The position numbers were made by a program, and so were the translations under genes. The notes below the pieces were generated by a model. The model was not told the origin of the DNA and did no database searches. It saw only the letters and a program-made list of their open reading frames with translations. From the NCBI RefSeq assembly GCF_002483225.1, contig NZ_DLHL01000001.1, positions 63,325 through 127,324 of the forward strand: a DNA stretch of 64,000 bases, read 5' to 3'. Positions 58,151 to 64,000 of this stretch are shown piece after piece; positions within the stretch are counted from its first letter, which is position 1, and every line of letters begins with the position of its first letter. The DNA is from Gemmatimonas sp. UBA7669. Its GTDB lineage: Bacteria > Gemmatimonadota > Gemmatimonadetes > Gemmatimonadales > Gemmatimonadaceae.

Positions 58151-59671
58151 ATGAACGGTATAGACGTCGCCCCGACCCCGACTTTGACCCCAACCCCAAC
58201 CCAGCCCCCAACCACGACACAAGCGGTAACTGCAGTTCGCCCTCCTCGGCTCCCGCAGCCACGGCTTCTGTGGTCCGGGCTTCTGCTCTCCTGGCTGCCG
58301 CTGTTTGCCGTTCAATCCCAACCCTCTGCCATCTCATCTCTCGACTCCGCCATCTCACGTATGGGCGGCGCCGAACGCCTGGCCAGCCTGACCAGCTCGC
58401 GTGCCGAGTACATGACCATGTGGCTGCGGACCACCTGGGACTCCCGTCCAGCCGCCGATGCCCCGAGCTACGAACGGCACGTGGATCTGCGTGACTACGC
58501 GACGCGTCGCTGGCGCAACACGCGCTACTTCGTGCCAGGCACCATGAGCATCGCCGATGTGGTGAACGACACCATCGGCGCCCGCACGCAACCCGCCCGC
58601 ACGGGCGGCAATGAAACCGTGCCGCTCAACGTGACCTACGTCGACGAGCGACGCGAACTCTTCGCCTTTGCGCCCGAGCGTACCCTGCTGTTGGCGCGCG
58701 CCGCGCGCGATCTGCGTGCCCTGCCCGATACCACCATCGATGGCCAGCGCCATCGCCGGGTGCGTGCCACGGTGGAGGGGTTCGTGGCCACGTACTATTT
58801 GCGCGATGCCGACAAGTTGCCGGCCCGTGTGCACTATCGCGCCGATGCCACGAACGACTTCGGTCTCGCGCAGTGGGAAGTGCACGACATCGACGTGTGG
58901 TATGGCAACTGGATCCGTGTCGCGCCTGGTGTGCTGGTGCCGCGGCAGCGTGATGTCTATCGCGTTGGGCGTCCCTACAAGCGCATGACCGCGCTCACGC
59001 TGGCCTTCAACGTCCCGGCGCCCGCCGATTCCTTTTCCATTGCCGACACCGTGGCGCAGCGTTTCCTCGCCACCGAGCAGCGGCCGATGTGGAAGGTGTC
59101 GCTCGATTCGGCGCAGATTACCGCGGAACACTTCGCCAGCTTCCCGCGCTTCATTGGCTCAGTTGGTGCCCTGCGCGTGGGCGGTCAGTGGGTGCTGATC
59201 GAAACCGCGCAGCATCGCGGCGCGGTGGATCTCGTGGACCAGTGGCTGCGCGCGCGTGGAGAGAGCGGCGTGCGAGCCGGCGTCGTCGCCCGTCCCTTCA
59301 GTGGCAATGGTGGCGCGCGCTGGTTTGCTGCGGGCAAGGGCCGTCTCTACGCGGCGCCTGGCGCGCTCGCGCCGCTGCGCGCGATGAACGCGGCGCAGCC
59401 CACGACCACCACCTTCGTGTCCGGCGCACGATGGGTGCGCATCGGTAGCGACTCGCTGTACATGGAACCGGTGGACTTTGCCGATGGCAACGGCGCCATG
59501 GTGCTGTACTCCCCCACCCATCGCTGGTTCTACAGTCCCTTCATGGGCGTGCCACAGCACCAGGCCCAGCATGACGCGCTGATGGCGCGCTATCGTGCCC
59601 GAGGCTGGCCCATCGAGTGGGTGGGCTCCGTAGTCGGCCTGCGTGCGCCAGCCCCCGCTGTCAGCAAGTAA
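58151..59671 (+). CDS. Secreted hypothetical protein, possibly a degenerate metallo-beta-lactamase fold
   Basis: Hydrophobic signal-like segment; C-terminal VLIETA...GVVARPFSGNGGARWF region lacks HxHxDH. Confidence 0.55.
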   Translation: MNGIDVAPTPTLTPTPTQPPTTTQAVTAVRPPRLPQPRLLWSGLLLSWLPLFAVQSQPSAISSLDSAISRMGGAERLASLTSSRAEYMTMWLRTTWDSRPAADAPSYERHVDLRDYATRRWRNTRYFVPGTMSIADVVNDTIGARTQPARTGGNETVPLNVTYVDERRELFAFAPERTLLLARAARDLRALPDTTIDGQRHRRVRATVEGFVATYYLRDADKLPARVHYRADATNDFGLAQWEVHDIDVWYGNWIRVAPGVLVPRQRDVYRVGRPYKRMTALTLAFNVPAPADSFSIADTVAQRFLATEQRPMWKVSLDSAQITAEHFASFPRFIGSVGALRVGGQWVLIETAQHRGAVDLVDQWLRARGESGVRAGVVARPFSGNGGARWFAAGKGRLYAAPGALAPLRAMNAAQPTTTTFVSGARWVRIGSDSLYMEPVDFADGNGAMVLYSPTHRWFYSPFMGVPQHQAQHDALMARYRARGWPIEWVGSVVGLRAPAPAVSK

Positions 59672-59807
59672 GAGGCACCAACCCAGTCAAACTCCGCCTC
59701 ACGAAGGAGTGTATCGAGACGAGTCGTCGACCATGCCGGCGGCTCGTCTCCTCCTGCGTCACGACGCAGCGGACACGGGCATTTCTTGCGCTGGCCCCGC
59801 CTCACGT

Positions 59808-60269
59808 TCAGCCAAGCAGCAACCGCGGATCAAACTGAAACGGCGCTTCGTGCACGACCTGCAAACGCGACATGTCCGCGTGCTGTGGATTGATGAGCAG
59901 ATTTCGCTCCAGCGGAATGATCACCGAGGGTATCGACAGGACGAGCGTTTCGCCGCGCGCGACAAAATGATCACCGACTGCGCGGCACGTTGCCGGCGGC
60001 TCTGTGGCCCGCCAGGCATGCGGCAGATCGGCATGCGCGACCGTCTCGGGAAGCAGGTCGTCTGGCACCTCGATACCCAGTGCCACGAGATCATCTGGTG
60101 CGTTGGCCGGATCGACGTGCACCAGCAACTCCAGCGCGGCCAGTGACAGCGTGCTGGAGGCGTAGACCACGGCGACGCCTTTGCTGTTCCAGCGGCCACC
60201 GGCGCGGCGCGCCCCCTCACCATCGAGTGCACGATAGCGGGAACGGGCGAGGCGCCAAGCGAGACTCAA
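59808..60269 (-). CDS. RES-domain toxin (NAD+ phosphorylase/mART type)
   Basis: GARRAGGRWNSKG..VVYASSTLSLAALELLVH...IPSVIIPLERNLLINPQH; overlaps the antitoxin stop. Confidence 0.92.
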   Translation of the reverse strand: MSLAWRLARSRYRALDGEGARRAGGRWNSKGVAVVYASSTLSLAALELLVHVDPANAPDDLVALGIEVPDDLLPETVAHADLPHAWRATEPPATCRAVGDHFVARGETLVLSIPSVIIPLERNLLINPQHADMSRLQVVHEAPFQFDPRLLLG

Positions 60270-60703
60270 CCGATCACGCCATGCTCGATGCGATCGAGGA
60301 CGTCCTCGACCAACACCGTGCCCGTGTCGGTGTGTACCAGCTCGATGGGCGGTTGACCACCGAGGGCGCGATTGGGTGTCACAAGCCAGCGGTTGGCCTT
60401 TTCCTGTGAACCCAGGGCTTCGGCGGCACGCACCGCAATACGCGCGAGTCGCGCCAGACGGTCGGACTCCGCCGCCGAAAGACGCTCTCGCGACTTCTGC
60501 TTGCGCTGCAAGGTGCGCTCACTGCCCACCACGGCGTACACCGCCTCACGTGTCATCATGGGCCTGAGCGCGTTGGCCACATACTGCAACGATGCCGAGG
60601 GGAGCCCCTGCCGCACCTGAATGGCGAGGTCGAGATCACTTTCCACGACCTCGCCCAGGACGGCCGCTCCGCCGAGCATCGCGGAAACCGTATCTGCCGA
60701 CAT
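60266..60703 (-). CDS. Xre/MbcA/ParS-type antitoxin
   Basis: VRQGLP, ERTLQRK, LSAAESDRLARLARI, WLVTPNRALGGQPPIEL and VLDRIEHGV. Confidence 0.92.
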   Translation of the reverse strand: MSADTVSAMLGGAAVLGEVVESDLDLAIQVRQGLPSASLQYVANALRPMMTREAVYAVVGSERTLQRKQKSRERLSAAESDRLARLARIAVRAAEALGSQEKANRWLVTPNRALGGQPPIELVHTDTGTVLVEDVLDRIEHGVIG

Positions 60704-60772
60704 GAAATCCTCTGATCCGTCGTATGACGTAAGCTGCCCGCCATTTGACGGCTCGTCAAGACCCTAGCCGAG

Positions 60773-61075
60773 CTAGCGCTGGCAGCCCACACAGTGCGTG
60801 ACCTCGGGCATCACCAGCAGCCGGCCGTACGGGATGGCTTCGCCGCAGCGTTCGCAGAGGCCGTAGCTGCCCGTGGCTACCCGCTCGAGTGCCGCCAGCA
60901 CCGCGTCGTGTTGCGACTCGAGCTGCGCACGCGCCGTGGCGGCTTCGTCGCCCAGCGTCTCTTCCATCAGCGCCAGCGCCCGCGCCAGCCGAGCACGATC
61001 GGTATTGAGCTCGTTCACGAGCCAGCGGATTTCCGTCATGCTGAGGTGTGCGTTGGTGTGGGGCAGAGTGTTCAT
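60773..61075 (-). CDS. TraR/DksA-family C4 zinc-finger protein (short)
   Basis: ALERVATGSYGLCERCGEAIPYGRLLVMPEVTHCVGCQ. Confidence 0.88.
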   Translation of the reverse strand: MNTLPHTNAHLSMTEIRWLVNELNTDRARLARALALMEETLGDEAATARAQLESQHDAVLAALERVATGSYGLCERCGEAIPYGRLLVMPEVTHCVGCQR

Positions 61076-61098
61076 CGTTGTCTCCGGTGAGTGGTTGA

Positions 61099-61140
61099 TG
61101 AATCGGTGGTGAATCGGTGGTGAATCAGTGGTGAATCGGG
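61099..61140. repeat. 11-bp tandem repeat (TGAATCGGTGG x3.8) upstream of the DksA-like gene
   Basis: Copies at 61099, 61110, 61121 and 61132. Confidence 0.85.
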
Positions 61141-61790
61141 GTTGCGTGACGGGCAACAAAAAACGCGCCCCGACGAACAGAGCCCGCGCGCAGCGATGGC
61201 TGCGCACGCACTCCTGTTGTCGGGACGCGACTCCCAAACGAATACTACACGAGGAACCGGCCGAGGTTCCAGCGCGCAGGCGCGCTGGCTTTTCTGCGTG
61301 CAATTGGCGATACTTGAGACATGAAGTTTCGCCTGCCCCACACTGCCTCCGGCCCTGCGATGATTCCCGTGCATCGCACTCGCGTTTCCGCCGCACGACT
61401 CGTGCGACGGACGGTGCGTGGCGTGTGTTCTTCGCCGTGCGCCGCTCCGGGTTTCCTCCAGTGTGCGCAGCGCAAGTGCTCGGCTCCTTCAACCGTGGAG
61501 GATCGCCGCTAGCACCGGTCGATCGTTTGACGAGAGCAGCTCTCGTAACGAACGCCCCACCTGCCGCACTCGGCAGGTGGGGCGTTTTGCATTTGCCATC
61601 CCACCTCGCGAGGCAGTCTGGCCATGGCTCGCACCAGATCACGCGACTCTCCTGCGGGATTCATGGCCAGCTGCTCGCGACACACGACAACCCGCCACCT
61701 CGAGCGCACCTTGCGCCCCGGCCGTGCAAGGGGCAACGTTGCGGCGTTCCATTGCACTCCCCCACCCCTGCCCCGCCCGAGGACGCCTCT

Positions 61791-62429
61791 GTGGCTGAAA
61801 CAACCAGCAAGCTGCCCGATTTCCCGGGCTTCGCCGTTCGTTACGATCCGTCCAAGAACCCGTTTTTCCAGGCCATCATGGTGGAGAACCTGCGGATCCT
61901 GGACAGCAAGGAGATTGGCAAGTCGCTGCTGAAGCAGATCGGCGAGGCGTCACCCAAGCACCGCGGCCAGTTCCCCGACGGCGTGAACGTGATGTGCACG
62001 CCATACCACATCAACTACACGCAGTCGGGCTTTTCGCGTCAGGGCCAGTTCACGGGGGACGGGGGCTTCAAGGTGGAGGGCATGAAGCCGTCCACCGCCG
62101 CCTCGCATAACCTGAAGAACTGCCCGTTCCATATTGCCGGAAGCAGCTTCAACAAGGCGGACGATCCCTCATTCAACGACAAGGGACGGGGCACGGTGTG
62201 CTGGATGGCCTTCAGCAATGCGCAGTTCATCACCAGCAAGGGTGAGACCGCGCAGCCGTTCATCGTGCTGGCGCATGAGCTGATTCACTCGCTGCACTGT
62301 CTCACCGGCACGCACAACGGGTCGGAGGAAGAGCTGATGACCAGCGGCATCGGCAAGTACTCCGATCTGCCGATGTCGGAGAACGCGTTCCGCAAAGCGT
62401 TCGGCTTGCCGCCGCGGGTGTCGTACTAA
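61791..62429 (+). CDS. Peptidase M91 (NleD/HopH1-like) zinc metalloprotease
   Basis: GAGGA RBS and GTG start; VLAHELIHSLH...EEELMTSGIGKY...SENAFRKAFGLPPRVSY matches the M91 C-terminal pattern. Confidence 0.75.
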   Translation: MAETTSKLPDFPGFAVRYDPSKNPFFQAIMVENLRILDSKEIGKSLLKQIGEASPKHRGQFPDGVNVMCTPYHINYTQSGFSRQGQFTGDGGFKVEGMKPSTAASHNLKNCPFHIAGSSFNKADDPSFNDKGRGTVCWMAFSNAQFITSKGETAQPFIVLAHELIHSLHCLTGTHNGSEEELMTSGIGKYSDLPMSENAFRKAFGLPPRVSY

Positions 62430-62451
62430 GGCGCCAAGGCGCACCGCGCAC

Positions 62452-63519
62452 TCACCAGGCAACCGGGCGATGTGCGCGGGCGCTGAGCCCCGGCGTGAGC
62501 AGCAACAGCGTGAGCAGCAACAGCGTGAGGTTGGCGCTCCACATCGCAAGGGATGGAGAGAGCATGCCGCTGTCTCCCAGCGACTCACCGACAATGAACA
62601 GCACGTAGTACCCGCTGAACACCGCCACAGTGAGCGGCACCTGCCAGGCTATCGGGATGCGCCGTAGGCGCCTCGTCAGGGAAACGGCAAAGAGTGTGAG
62701 GAACAGGCAGGCCGCCGAGATCGCGTACTTCTTGTGGTACTCAACGCGGTAGTTGTTGATCAACTCACGGGCGTTGCTTTCAGCCCTGCTTGTTCGACCA
62801 GACGCGAGTTGCGTTTCGAGCTCGCGCCACCGGTCCTGCAGCTCGCGCGGTGTGAGGCTGCGGTCACCCCTGAAGCCATCCCGTTTGCCAGACTGCAGCC
62901 ACTGCAGTTCGGTGTTGGCTTTCGGCAACACCTGCGTGTTCAGCCCGTACGCAAGTATGGTGACCACCACACCCAGCAGTGCCAGCGGCATCATGCGCGG
63001 CGTTTTCCCGCTGTCCTCCTCGCGCTCCGGCGGCGTGGCATGTCTGCCCTTTTTGTTCAACGCTGCCAGCACGGCCACGAACAGCGCCATGGGTATTGTC
63101 ATGGCCGCGATATAGGGCACCGAGTACCAGAGCACGCTGAGCCACTGTTCGGCCGACATACTGCGGGATTGGCGTCCCATGGACAGCGCCAGCATGATAT
63201 CAGTGAGCACAAAGAACGCGAGGGCGAAGGACAGCACGGAGTTTCTGAGCACCGTGCGCTCTGCCTGACCGAAGCCCCGCCTTTCGTCGGCAATGCGCTC
63301 ACGCAGTCCGCGGCCAAGCAGATCACCAAGCCCTGCGAGTGCCGCAGCGCTGGTGGCGAACAGGCCCTGCGCTTCTTTGCGCGCGAGCTCGCGTGCAAAC
63401 AGATCGAGCATGGCGCTGCCGTGACGCTCGCGCAGCTCGCGAGGCAGCAGAACCAGCAGCGCACGATAGGCCGTGCGCCACACGCGATGCGTGGCAGATT
63501 GTGAAGTTGAGGCGCTCAT
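62452..63519 (-). CDS. PadR-linked membrane protein with LptF/LptG-like TM core but no periplasmic jellyroll
   Basis: N-terminal YRALLVLLPRELRERHGSAMLDLF prefix; IPMALFVAVL, LNTQVLPKAN, EYHKKYAISAACLF, GYYVL and LAMWSANL LptF/G-like motifs. Confidence 0.7.
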   Translation of the reverse strand: MSASTSQSATHRVWRTAYRALLVLLPRELRERHGSAMLDLFARELARKEAQGLFATSAAALAGLGDLLGRGLRERIADERRGFGQAERTVLRNSVLSFALAFFVLTDIMLALSMGRQSRSMSAEQWLSVLWYSVPYIAAMTIPMALFVAVLAALNKKGRHATPPEREEDSGKTPRMMPLALLGVVVTILAYGLNTQVLPKANTELQWLQSGKRDGFRGDRSLTPRELQDRWRELETQLASGRTSRAESNARELINNYRVEYHKKYAISAACLFLTLFAVSLTRRLRRIPIAWQVPLTVAVFSGYYVLFIVGESLGDSGMLSPSLAMWSANLTLLLLTLLLLTPGLSARAHRPVAW

Positions 63520-63842
63520 GCCAGTGCCTCCATGCCAGCCAGTCTGGCCCGTGCGGTGCGGGCCATTTGCTCCAGGCGCGCGCATTCGGCCTCGAGCAAC
63601 TCCCGGCCGACCGCTGTCAGTCGATAGAAGCGCTCACGACCGAGGCCGCCGGCCGGGCGGTCCTGCTCGGGCAGCTCCTCAATCCAGCCCTGGCGCACGA
63701 GTTCTTCGAGGGAACCGTACAGGGTGGCGGGCCAGAGCCGGACGGCGCCGTCGCTGAGTGCACGGGCCTCGTCCTGGATGGCGCTGCCGTGCCTGGGGCC
63801 GGTGGCCAGCGAAAGGAGGATGTAGAACCAGTTGGGTTTCAT
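63516..63842 (-). CDS. PadR family transcriptional regulator
   Basis: ILLSLATGPRHGSAI...LWPATLYGSLEELVRQGWI...RFYRLTAVGR. Confidence 0.93.
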   Translation of the reverse strand: MKPNWFYILLSLATGPRHGSAIQDEARALSDGAVRLWPATLYGSLEELVRQGWIEELPEQDRPAGGLGRERFYRLTAVGRELLEAECARLEQMARTARARLAGMEALA

Positions 63843-63863
63843 GGGCCGTTGTGTAGGTACGGA

Positions 63864-63893
63864 ATCATACTATTATTTGATACTATTAGACAA
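63864..63893 (-). promoter_or_regulatory. padR promoter (TTGTCT-N18-TATGAT) with ATACTATTA direct repeats in the spacer
   Basis: Repeats at 63867-63875 and 63880-63888 in a very AT-rich patch. Confidence 0.65.
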
Positions 63894-64000
63894 TACCCAG
63901 GTTCCACAGGAAACGACGCGGAAGCCCAAGAGCTCCCGCGTCGTCCGCTCCCACTCACACCACCGTGTACCCACCGTCGACGAGGTAGTAGCCGCCCGTC

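Noticed and set aside
61140-61790. ncRNA or hidden gene in the long gap before the M91 protease
   Set aside because: Only short GC hairpins and motif-free ORFs are present; nothing supportable without expression data.

Overview
High-GC Gram-negative chromosome segment (TonB receptor, PEP-CTERM proteins, SppA, ArgJ). The gene style is reminiscent of Gemmatimonadota, which is an inference only. Positions 1 to ~17,600 look like the right end of an integrated genomic island. It carries a large periplasmic copper-resistance cluster (copA/copB multicopper oxidase system, CopC, CopC-CopD fusion, a Met-repeat secreted protein, paired NTF2-like and DUF4198 proteins, BNR protein-TlpA-CcdA) and two orphan restriction-endonuclease-like genes. 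The island ends at an att-like structure (three TGGACACG arm-type repeats around a perfect IHF consensus) that appears to cut off the 5' end of the host hslR (Hsp15) gene. The most striking signal is that the copper cluster has no CusRS/CopRS, CueR or Cys-containing CopY in the window. Instead it has a BlaI-family repressor plus a His/Cys-decorated BlaR1/M56 membrane protease, and five copies of a TTTAC-N5-GTAAA palindrome sit on the promoters of the copper operons and of the repressor itself. This suggests a beta-lactam-type proteolytic switch repurposed for metal sensing. The rest (~17.6-64 kb) is mostly host backbone (dinB, P1B ATPase, acyl-CoA dehydrogenase, sppA, argJ, amidase, MCP, M1 peptidase, LytTR two-component system, methionine gamma-lyase, RES-Xre toxin-antitoxin). 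Oddities there include a thioredoxin-BrxC fusion, dispersed REP-like palindromes, an M91 effector-like protease and a PadR-linked truncated LptF/G-like protein. No rRNA, tRNA or CRISPR array was seen. All coordinates were counted by hand and start codons were chosen by inspection.
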